From a virus (Duplodnaviria > Caudoviricetes), in IMG/VR virus record IMGVR_UViG_2882178878_000003, positions 1-64,000 of that record: a DNA stretch of 64,000 nucleotides, one strand, 5' to 3'. Shown here piece by piece: positions 9,740 through 17,078 of the stretch. Within the stretch, counting starts at the first letter, position 1. The number at the start of each line of letters is the position of its first letter. The notes under the pieces were generated by a model. It saw only the letters and a list, made by a program, of their open reading frames with translations, was not told the DNA's origin and did not search any database. A program made the position numbers and the translations under genes.

Positions 9740-10525
9740 ATGTCTAAAAGATATCTTGTACTTGATAAAAGTTATTTAAGAAGTGTTAGTAAAGCAAAGG
9801 TTGAAGAATTAGAGGAAAAATTTATATTTTTACTACCTTTAGCTGCTGTATATGAAATTATTAAAGATGAAAAGTATAGAGCGCAGCTTTTAGCCAAATT
9901 TACAGATGAAAATTCTTATGAGATTTTACCTTCACCTAAAAAATTAATTGATTTTGAAGCAGAATTTTTAAAACCTGTAATTAAACCTTCTAAACTTATC
10001 CAACTTACAGATAAATCCAATCATAAATCTTTTATCAATAAAGAGTTTAAGCTAACCTCTAAGCAACAAAAAGCCATAGAGGAAGAGATGGATTTTTATC
10101 AGGATCTTACTACCCAGTTTATTGAAAATGAGCTAAAAGCCGGTTTCGATCTTAAAGAAAATAGACCTGATTTCTTTGCAAAGATCCAAGAGATACCAGA
10201 TTGGAATAGAGTATTGATAGATAGTATTAAAGAAGGAAAAAAAATTCCTTTTAAAAATATACCCGAAAGAATTGATGAAAATTGGTATATGTATAGATTT
10301 CATCAACTGAACCATCATCTGCGAATGGATATCTTAAATCGATATGAAAATATAGATACAATTTTAGAAAGTAAAAAAACAATAATGAAAATCAATCATG
10401 ATTTAATAGATTTACTTTATTTAGTAGAGGGTATACTCGAAGGTGCATTTGCGACAAAAGAAAAAAGACTCATTAATTTTTGGGAGAAATTTGCTCCTGA
10501 AAATGGAATTCTGATTAAAGACTAA
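9740..10525 (+). CDS. AT-rich cargo protein, possible PIN-fold ribonuclease
   Basis: YLVLDKSYL, AVYEI, HDLID and FATKEKRL fall in the order expected for PIN acidic motifs; visibly lower GC than flanking tail genes. Confidence 0.45.
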   Translation: MSKRYLVLDKSYLRSVSKAKVEELEEKFIFLLPLAAVYEIIKDEKYRAQLLAKFTDENSYEILPSPKKLIDFEAEFLKPVIKPSKLIQLTDKSNHKSFINKEFKLTSKQQKAIEEEMDFYQDLTTQFIENELKAGFDLKENRPDFFAKIQEIPDWNRVLIDSIKEGKKIPFKNIPERIDENWYMYRFHQLNHHLRMDILNRYENIDTILESKKTIMKINHDLIDLLYLVEGILEGAFATKEKRLINFWEKFAPENGILIKD

Positions 10526-10542
10526 AACACTTACTTGTATAG

Positions 10543-11280
10543 TTAATCACGCCGCTCATGTCTTAGATCTAAGGTAAAATGCCTCATATGATAAGGAAGT
10601 CCTGAACTGGGATGTTTATGGGAGCTATTAAAACGATTTCTTCTCAAACTTTTTTGATCAGAATACTTTTTTCTAGCCCAATCAGTAACATCACATATTG
10701 CACACGACACTGATAAGTCATCAATTGAATTAGAAACTTTTGGTGTCTTAATTTCTAAAAGCATTTCTGCCCAACTGCTTAAAATATCATTTGTTGCAAG
10801 CTGAGTATCTACGACATAAATAATGATACCACCACAGCATTCATCATCATCCCCTGTAGAGTAAGCATTATTTAATTGTTTAAACCCACCATCAATATCA
10901 CTGGCACCACCCCAAATTTTAGATTCACCAAACCAGATATAAGGATAGCCTTCTAACTCTACATATATATCGACATGACCATTGCTGAATTTATCATGCG
11001 AGGCTTCATACTCCTTACTTTCTAATGATCTGACAATCTGCATGTTGATATCATCTTCAAATATTTTAAATAAATCATTTTTATTCTTATCAACTGATTT
11101 GCTTGCATCAAAAGTAGCTTGATATTTTCGCAAATGAGCAGCACGATCTTTAGCAAGCCTTTTTAAAATGTCTTCAATGTCCTCATACAGGGTTTCAATA
11201 AACATATCATAAGACGTAGGATGTAAACGACTCATTAATCTTAATAATTTAGGATTATTATAATTAGGATTACTAAGCAT
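10543..11280 (-). CDS. PD-(D/E)xK-like nuclease, third gene of a cargo operon
   Basis: FEDDIN...GHVDIYVE...WFGESKIW...GFKQL motif order; overlaps upstream gene by 8 bp. Confidence 0.6.
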   Translation of the reverse strand: MLSNPNYNNPKLLRLMSRLHPTSYDMFIETLYEDIEDILKRLAKDRAAHLRKYQATFDASKSVDKNKNDLFKIFEDDINMQIVRSLESKEYEASHDKFSNGHVDIYVELEGYPYIWFGESKIWGGASDIDGGFKQLNNAYSTGDDDECCGGIIIYVVDTQLATNDILSSWAEMLLEIKTPKVSNSIDDLSVSCAICDVTDWARKKYSDQKSLRRNRFNSSHKHPSSGLPYHMRHFTLDLRHERRD

Positions 11281-11710
11281 TTACAGCTCTTATAAATGAT
11301 GTAGAAGGACTAAAATAGGGAAGTACTTGCTCGGAAAATTCTTCTAATGTAAGTGACTGGCCAGTAAAGGGATTAAAAAAATCTCTTTCACTAATAGCTT
11401 CAATAATTTCCTGTTCATCAGGTACACGCTCATAGCGTCCTAATTTAGGATTTAAAGCCTCATGCTTTTGTTCTAAAATCTGTAAACGCCGTATTAAGAA
11501 AAAAACTGCTTCATAGAAATCATCTTCATCAACACTCTCACGATTACTTACGGTTTGATATAAATCTTGAAAAGTTAAATGACTCTTTGATTCAGGAACT
11601 TTAGAAATATAAATAGTAATATCTACACAAATATGAGCCATATCAGGGTTGATATCGCTCAATTGTGTTTTGATATTATCTAAAAGTGCCTCAATATATT
11701 TATGAGCCAA
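11273..11710 (-). CDS. Hypothetical protein, second gene of cargo operon
   Basis: 145 aa, acidic, 12 bp downstream of the 371-aa gene; LTFQDLY...DDFYEAVFFL could be a winged helix. Confidence 0.7.
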   Translation of the reverse strand: MAHKYIEALLDNIKTQLSDINPDMAHICVDITIYISKVPESKSHLTFQDLYQTVSNRESVDEDDFYEAVFFLIRRLQILEQKHEALNPKLGRYERVPDEQEIIEAISERDFFNPFTGQSLTLEEFSEQVLPYFSPSTSFIRAVNA

Positions 11711-11722
11711 TTGATTTCACCA

Positions 11723-12838
11723 TTAGGTTAGTAATCTCTGAAGTGAAAAATTTAAATCATCATAAGAGCGCGTACCATAAAGATAAGCTTCATATAGATG
11801 CGCTCCATTCCTACTATTAATTGCAACATAAGAACTTTGCAGAGAAATTTCTATATGATTATCTCCATAAAATCTTTTACTAATTTTATAGAGTGTAATG
11901 TTTGCGTCTAGTTCAATGCCTTTAACGGTTTTAAGGCGTAATCCTCTAACACCAGCATCATGATAAGTGGTTCGACATAAATCTTTTGCTTCACCTCTTA
12001 GCTTTTCATGGTGTGCAGTACCATCTGGCGTTGTAAAGTTAAATTCAGTCACTCCACTAGTACAAGAATCAGGCTGGATTTTATTTAAAGCAACTTGCTC
12101 GTCATAAAACTTCTGTATGCAGGGAAATAAATCTAAAGGTTGAGAGAAGAAATCGTATTGAGTAATTATACCACTACCCAAAGTTTTCTTAATGAACTGA
12201 TTGAAGTTATTCTGGATTAAATTTAACTCATTGCGACGAATTACGACGGCCAAATCAATCATAAAGATAAGCATATTTTTAGTTAAATCAATAATTACAC
12301 TATCATAACAAGTTAAATTAACCTTTTTTATTCCATAAAGTTCTTGATAATCAGTTGTGATATCTTCTTTTAAATCATCTAAATTTAATGTTTCTCGTAT
12401 GCGTAATTCTCTTACTTGAGCAAATTGATACATTACGATATTATTATCATCCAAATTGATAATTTTAGATGGCTGATAAGTTTTATCAATATCGATAGTA
12501 TTATTAAGATTAGCAGTAAAATATGATTGAAGTGATAAATTAATATCATTGATATTAGAAACATCTTTATAAATTGTTATTAATTTATCATCGAATAAAA
12601 TATGCGAAGTCACTAAAGCTTCAATTTTATCTTTTAATTCTTGTACTTTACTTATATCGTATATACCGTTTAACTTTGCTTTAAGGCCATCCCAGTTTCT
12701 TGCTGACCAGCCGCGATTCATTGAACGATATACATACTGTACTTCTGCAAAGCTCATTTCACGTTCATTAGCGATATCAACTAATTCGGAAATTTCTTGT
12801 CTTAAAGTGGTGAGGGGATCTATAGGAAGTTGAGTCAT
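11723..12838 (-). CDS. Hypothetical protein, first gene of cargo operon
   Basis: 371-aa ORF in strongly AT-rich DNA; no family recognised. Confidence 0.75.
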   Translation of the reverse strand: MTQLPIDPLTTLRQEISELVDIANEREMSFAEVQYVYRSMNRGWSARNWDGLKAKLNGIYDISKVQELKDKIEALVTSHILFDDKLITIYKDVSNINDINLSLQSYFTANLNNTIDIDKTYQPSKIINLDDNNIVMYQFAQVRELRIRETLNLDDLKEDITTDYQELYGIKKVNLTCYDSVIIDLTKNMLIFMIDLAVVIRRNELNLIQNNFNQFIKKTLGSGIITQYDFFSQPLDLFPCIQKFYDEQVALNKIQPDSCTSGVTEFNFTTPDGTAHHEKLRGEAKDLCRTTYHDAGVRGLRLKTVKGIELDANITLYKISKRFYGDNHIEISLQSSYVAINSRNGAHLYEAYLYGTRSYDDLNFSLQRLLT

Positions 12839-12860
12839 TTTGGAGTGTTTCTTGAAATAT

Positions 12861-12900
12861 CTTATTCAGATATTGACATAGCAGCACACTATGACACAAG
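12861..12900. repeat. 40-bp direct repeat copy A (promoter-like)
   Basis: cttattcagatattgacatagcagcacactatgacacaag; 36/40 identical to 13701-13740. Confidence 0.9.
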
Positions 12901-12909
12901 CAGGATTTA

Positions 12910-13677
12910 TCAGTCCCCGCAAATACTCTCACACGGTATTCCATCACCATCCCGATCTAATCGATCATTCCCACATTTCAATGCCTGCCTTGCCTGTTGG
13001 CAACTGGTCATTGCACCGCAAGTTCTAGGATAAGACCTACACTTAATTTCTGATGTTTTTGGCACCAGAGTTTTACCCGAAGTAGATTTTGCAGAAAGTG
13101 TAGACGAATGTTTAGCTATCGCATTTGAAACCATAGAGGCTTCTTTGTAACTTGAAGTAGGGAATTTATCTTCCTTATCGGAGAAAGGATTATCTACAGC
13201 GTTTAATATTTCTTGGCTATCATTAGGGACTACACGCTCAAATTCTCGTTTATACTGGTCAGCTTGCTTTGCCGTTAAATCTTTATCCAAAACCATTAGA
13301 AACAAGCCCTGCTTATAAAGATAAAAGCTTGGCTTGCCTAAAAGGAGTAGATTATTGTTGAGTGAATTAAACCGTGCCTCTAAGTCAGGTTTATTTCTGA
13401 ATCCTTCAATAGTTCCACCTTTTAAAGCGGTTGGATCATATAGCGTTTTTGGATCTGAATAATCTTTTAAATCAATTCTGGCATCTTGCCAAACGACTTT
13501 TGATATGTACTGATTAGGACGACCAAATAAGTTATAAGGATCATAGTCAGCAGTAAAAATATGAATTGAACCGTGACTTTCAGTATCTAACTTCATATTC
13601 ACAAGTACATCAGATGCTTCCATTGCATAGCTAATAGCATTAATTAACAAACTAAAAATTAAAAGGAAATATTTCAT
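12910..13677 (-). CDS. Secreted protein with C-terminal Excalibur calcium-binding domain
   Basis: Signal-peptide-like MKYFLLIFSLLINAISYA; C-terminal CGAMTSCQQA...LDRDGDGIPCESIC. Confidence 0.85.
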   Translation of the reverse strand: MKYFLLIFSLLINAISYAMEASDVLVNMKLDTESHGSIHIFTADYDPYNLFGRPNQYISKVVWQDARIDLKDYSDPKTLYDPTALKGGTIEGFRNKPDLEARFNSLNNNLLLLGKPSFYLYKQGLFLMVLDKDLTAKQADQYKREFERVVPNDSQEILNAVDNPFSDKEDKFPTSSYKEASMVSNAIAKHSSTLSAKSTSGKTLVPKTSEIKCRSYPRTCGAMTSCQQARQALKCGNDRLDRDGDGIPCESICGD

Positions 13678-13700
13678 TTATTGGAATATATAAAAAATAC

Positions 13701-13740
13701 CTTATTCAAATCTTGACATAACGGCACACTATGACACAAG
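13701..13740. repeat. 40-bp direct repeat copy B (promoter-like)
   Basis: cttattcaaatcttgacataacggcacactatgacacaag; on + it gives TTGACA-N18-CAAGAT (13713-13742) facing the C4/Rha locus. Confidence 0.9.
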
Positions 13741-13857
13741 ATATATTTGCACTGAAAAGCACAGTGCCAGGCGTAGGAACCTGTTTTTTATACAAAGGCG
13801 CACAAAAAGTCGCTCATGCGGCTATTTTTTTGCGTAAAATCTGGCGTTGCCTTGTTA

Positions 13858-13933
13858 TGGCAGGCTGGATAGGGCAGTCGTAAGACTGGCCGCGTCCTTT
13901 GTAGCGGTATTCCTACCCCTGTTCAGTCTGCCA
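13858..13933 (+). ncRNA. C4/CI-type antisense RNA (P1 C4 / P4 CI family)
   Basis: Closing stem TGGCAGGCTGGATAGGG/CCCTGTTCAGTCTGCCA, inner hairpin CAGTC-GTAA-GACTG; CCTTTGTA and TTCCTAC are complementary to TACAAAGG (13791, 13975) and GTAGGAA (13773, 13942) on both sides. Confidence 0.8.
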
Positions 13934-13989
13934 CCCTTGCCGTAGGAAGCGAAGGTGTCAGGTTCTAAACTTGATACAAAGGAAATGCC

Positions 13990-14124
13990 ATGAATAACCG
14001 TCAGGCTCAAGCACGCCCAAATTTCGATACTCTCTGCTATAACCGCCTCACCTCTCCAAATTTTGCCCAGCCGCAAAACCGCCTTGTCAAACTGATTGCA
14101 AAAATCAAGGCAGGTGCCAAATGA
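13990..14124 (+). CDS. 44-aa leader ORF coupled to the antirepressor (icd/kil-like position)
   Basis: ATG 13990 after AAAGGA, which overlaps the downstream C4 target; stop overlaps the Rha ATG as ATGA. Read by hand, not in ORF track. Confidence 0.55.
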   Translation: MNNRQAQARPNFDTLCYNRLTSPNFAQPQNRLVKLIAKIKAGAK

Positions 14125-14948
14125 ATACTCCTATTGAACTAAACCAAGCTGTATTTATTGATAAGCAGGAAATCAAAACCGATAGCCTTAAAGTGGCTGA
14201 AGCATTTGGTAAGCTGCATAAAAATGTCATTCGTGATATTGAAAGCCTGAATTGTTCATCAGAATTTAACCAGCTCAATTTTGAGCGCGTTGATTATGTA
14301 GACGGCAAAGGCGAAAAGCGCCCCATGTACGAAATGACCAAGGATGGTTTTATATTTCTGGTCATGGGCTTTACCGGTGCCAAGGCCGCCCAGATCAAGG
14401 AAGCCTATATCAAGGTATTCAACCAAATGGCAGAACGGCTGCAACAGCAGCTAACCGTTACGCCATTTATTCAGGTGGGTTCACTGGTTCAACTGCGTTC
14501 CGGTAGCCCGGATTTTACCGTACAGCACATTGATGGGCAGCTGGCAACCGTCATATGGTTTGGCCGGGGCAAACTGCAAAAGGAAATCCTGCCATTAAGC
14601 TGTCTGGTACTGTCGGAAGCCGGGTTTGCGGGTTTAACCCATAACCAGCAGCTTGAAACCTTCTGGACAGCGGTCATGGCCTATGGCATTCATCACCTGA
14701 ATCACTCCAACCGCGCCGATCAGATTGCCCTCAATATCACACAGGTAACAGACACCCTGCCACAGACAGGCAAGCATCAGGACTTGCTCCAGCTTTTGCC
14801 GCATAGCAAACCACCATATCCACAGTATCTGGAGCGTAATATCGTGGTGGCCAGTCGCTTAGAGCGTAAATCCTGCCGTTGCTGGATATTCAGAAGCACC
14901 ACACCGTTGCTGGATGTTAGCGGTCAACATAAGGTAGTCGCGCCATGA
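14121..14948 (+). CDS. rha: Rha-family antirepressor with extra C-terminal domains
   Basis: TDSLKVAEAFGKLHKNVIRDIE...YEMTKDGFIFLVMGFTGAKAAQIKEAYIKVFNQM; then VGSLVQLRSGSP (DUF2158-like) and a domain like the primase C-terminus. Confidence 0.9.
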   Translation: MNTPIELNQAVFIDKQEIKTDSLKVAEAFGKLHKNVIRDIESLNCSSEFNQLNFERVDYVDGKGEKRPMYEMTKDGFIFLVMGFTGAKAAQIKEAYIKVFNQMAERLQQQLTVTPFIQVGSLVQLRSGSPDFTVQHIDGQLATVIWFGRGKLQKEILPLSCLVLSEAGFAGLTHNQQLETFWTAVMAYGIHHLNHSNRADQIALNITQVTDTLPQTGKHQDLLQLLPHSKPPYPQYLERNIVVASRLERKSCRCWIFRSTTPLLDVSGQHKVVAP

Positions 14949-15541
14949 ACGATATAATCCAGTATATCCCCATTGCCGATCGTGTCATGGCTACCCGCAA
15001 GAAAAGCCGCAAAGTGCTTAAACAACTGTTTGCTGCTATAGATTACCTGGTGCAGCATGGCCACCAAATTAACCACACGAACCAGCATGGTTTTTTGGTA
15101 ATTTCCTATGAACAGGTTAGGGCCTTATTACAGCAGGCAGGGCAAAAACCATTGCCGCCAGTGGATCAAATTACCGCGTCACTATTTGACGCAAAATATC
15201 CGGTTTTTCATGCCACAGGCATTATAAAAAGCTCAATATGGCATAATGAAGCTGTGGCAGGCTGGCGCTTTCAGCTAAACCGAATTGCAGACAGTGCTGC
15301 CAAAAACCAAACAATATCAACTGACAACAGGAGAACTATGCAAATCGATCAAGAGCGTGCGCAAGCACAAGACACGGACGTTTTATTGGATATGGCACTG
15401 GGTAACATCCGCATCTGGCGTAGCTCGTTAGAGAGCGCAACCAGTAACCCACAGGTCACTTATAACTTAAATGACCTGGTGTACAAGCTGCTGGACATCG
15501 AGCAAAAATTAGAAAAGGTTCAGCGCACACTGGATAGTTGA
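14945..15541 (+). CDS. Hypothetical phage protein, coupled to rha
   Basis: 198 aa with ATGA overlap; N-terminal half weakly resembles the Rha/primase C-terminal domain. Confidence 0.7.
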   Translation: MNDIIQYIPIADRVMATRKKSRKVLKQLFAAIDYLVQHGHQINHTNQHGFLVISYEQVRALLQQAGQKPLPPVDQITASLFDAKYPVFHATGIIKSSIWHNEAVAGWRFQLNRIADSAAKNQTISTDNRRTMQIDQERAQAQDTDVLLDMALGNIRIWRSSLESATSNPQVTYNLNDLVYKLLDIEQKLEKVQRTLDS

Positions 15542-15558
15542 ACTTAAGTAATATTCTT

Positions 15559-15591
15559 ACCAGCAACTGATTTTCAGTTGCTGGTTTTTTT
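15559..15591. terminator. Intrinsic terminator between convergent genes
   Basis: Perfect 12-bp stem ACCAGCAACTGA/TCAGTTGCTGGT followed by a T run. Confidence 0.85.
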
Positions 15592-15748
15592 ATTTGATAA
15601 CCCAGATTAAAAGACCAATTGAACTAACCAATCCTGCCAATGCAAAAATAATTAGAGCAATTGCTTGTAATAAACCAACACGATTTGCACCTTGTGGGGT
15701 CATTTTGCCGTCTACCCTTAATTGTGAATTTGAGGTATGATTTCTCAA
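15590..15748 (-). CDS. Small single-pass membrane peptide (52 aa from TTG 15748, or 37 aa from ATG 15703)
   Basis: ...MTPQGANRVGLLQAIALIIFALAGLVSSIGLLIWVIK; AGGAG 6 nt before the TTG. Read by hand. Confidence 0.6.
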   Translation of the reverse strand: MRNHTSNSQLRVDGKMTPQGANRVGLLQAIALIIFALAGLVSSIGLLIWVIK

Positions 15749-15907
15749 GGTTTGCTCCTACGTCCATAGGTGTAAACAAGAAACCTCAAAGATTCGCCGT
15801 CTTTGGGGTTTTGTTTTTGGGAAAATAAAAAAAGCTGACATAAGCCAGCTCTTTTAACTCCACAAATTATTCAAACCTATCGATCAGATATAAAGTTACC
15901 TTTATTG

Positions 15908-16345
15908 TTATTCACCATTAAACAATTCACCGTTATCCATATCCTGCATAAATGATGAATCCATAGTCATAGTTTGCACCATACGCGGCTCTATATCTTT
16001 TGCATAAGCCTTGGCCAAACCCAGTAACGCTTCCTGTCCTTCAGGACTAATCTGCCGATAGGCTTTTAATAACAGGCTTTCTTCACTGGTCAGGCCTGCA
16101 AAATCAGGGTCAATGCCCAGCAGCACATAACGAATATCAATGCCTTTTTCATGCAGCCTGGCTAAATATACCCACTGATCCGGCACCTTGCCCCGGACAT
16201 AATTGCCTAGCGTATTTTCGTGCGCGCCAATATCACGCGACAAACTTTTAGCCTTGAATTGTTTTTGTTCCAGTTCCTGCCGAAACCGATCAGATATTTC
16301 TAAAGTCATATCCGTTTCAGGCATACCTAAAGACATAAATTTCAC
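15908..16345 (-). CDS. Prophage 1 immunity repressor (XRE HTH)
   Basis: ISDRFRQELEQ...SLSRDIGAHENTLGNYVRG...IDIRYVLLG...EESLLLKAYRQ pattern; divergent from the early operon. Confidence 0.8.
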   Translation of the reverse strand: MKFMSLGMPETDMTLEISDRFRQELEQKQFKAKSLSRDIGAHENTLGNYVRGKVPDQWVYLARLHEKGIDIRYVLLGIDPDFAGLTSEESLLLKAYRQISPEGQEALLGLAKAYAKDIEPRMVQTMTMDSSFMQDMDNGELFNGE

Positions 16346-16354
16346 CTATTCCCA

Positions 16355-16393
16355 TTGAAAGGCCAAATATTTGTGCTATAGTGGGCTATAGCA
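16355..16393 (+). promoter_or_regulatory. Early promoter overlapped by palindromic operator
   Basis: TTGAAA (16355)-N16-TATAGT (16377) with extended TG; perfect inverted repeat TGCTATAG-TGGG-CTATAGCA at 16374-16393. Confidence 0.65.
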
Positions 16394-16417
16394 TATCACT
16401 ATAGCCGAGTTTACCCC

Positions 16418-16621
16418 ATGAGCACATCAAAATCACCTAAATCAACACGCGCCCGCAAAACCCCCGGCGGCCGTGAGCGTTGCGCCCTGTATCTGCCAAC
16501 AGAAGAACTTAAATTCCTGGACGAAATTGCAGCCCAGACAGATTCCAGCCGTTCCAGCGTTCTGGCCAAGTTTTACTATGCTGGCAAACTCGCCAGCCAA
16601 AATAACCAAAGTCAGAACTAG
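16418..16621 (+). CDS. Ribbon-helix-helix (CopG-like) regulator
   Basis: RCALYLPTEELKFLDEIAAQTDSSRSSVL strand-helix-helix pattern. Confidence 0.65.
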   Translation: MSTSKSPKSTRARKTPGGRERCALYLPTEELKFLDEIAAQTDSSRSSVLAKFYYAGKLASQNNQSQN

Positions 16622-16630
16622 GAGCGGGTC

Positions 16631-16894
16631 ATGTCATTGCGTATCAGAAAACAAAAGCGTGACAACCGCTTCAATATCAATCTGACCGATGATGAAGCAC
16701 AGATATTTGAAAGCGCAGCCAACATTACTGGCATCCAGGCTGGTGTCATCATGCGCCAAATGCTGCTTAAGCAGGCGTTGGCTATCCTGCTGGCTGATGA
16801 CATCGAGCCGGACTTTAGCCTTGATAATTTTTTAAACAAAGGCGCAACTGCTCACCTTTCGCGGAGCGACGAAGTATGCCAGCAAAACCAATAG
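16631..16894 (+). CDS. Small early protein, probable RHH-like DNA binder
   Basis: RFNINLTDDE...AGVIMRQML; operon context. Confidence 0.6.
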   Translation: MSLRIRKQKRDNRFNINLTDDEAQIFESAANITGIQAGVIMRQMLLKQALAILLADDIEPDFSLDNFLNKGATAHLSRSDEVCQQNQ

Positions 16895-17058
16895 AACTAA
16901 GCGATCAGGAATTAGAGGTTGTACAGGAAGTACAACTGTTTTTGGGACTTGCCAGTGTGGAACAAACCATTGAATTTTTGCTCAGGCAGCGGCTGCAGGA
17001 AAAACTGCTGCAGCTGGCAGGACGTGAAATTCAAACCAACCCCCGGCATTCGTTGTAA
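16876..17058 (+). CDS. Small hypothetical early protein
   Basis: 60 aa overlapping the previous gene, upstream of the primase. Confidence 0.55.
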   Translation: MPAKPIELSDQELEVVQEVQLFLGLASVEQTIEFLLRQRLQEKLLQLAGREIQTNPRHSL

Positions 17059-17078
17059 CTTTTTAATTGAAGTGGTTT

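Noticed and set aside
12861-13740. Integron attC or IS ends around the Excalibur gene
   Set aside because: Direct, not terminal inverted, repeats; no attC R/L box pattern, integron integrase or transposase nearby.
13855-14076. 73-aa minus-strand ORF over the C4 region
   Set aside because: Antisense to a structured RNA and leader ORF, with no RBS or motif; likely a shadow frame.
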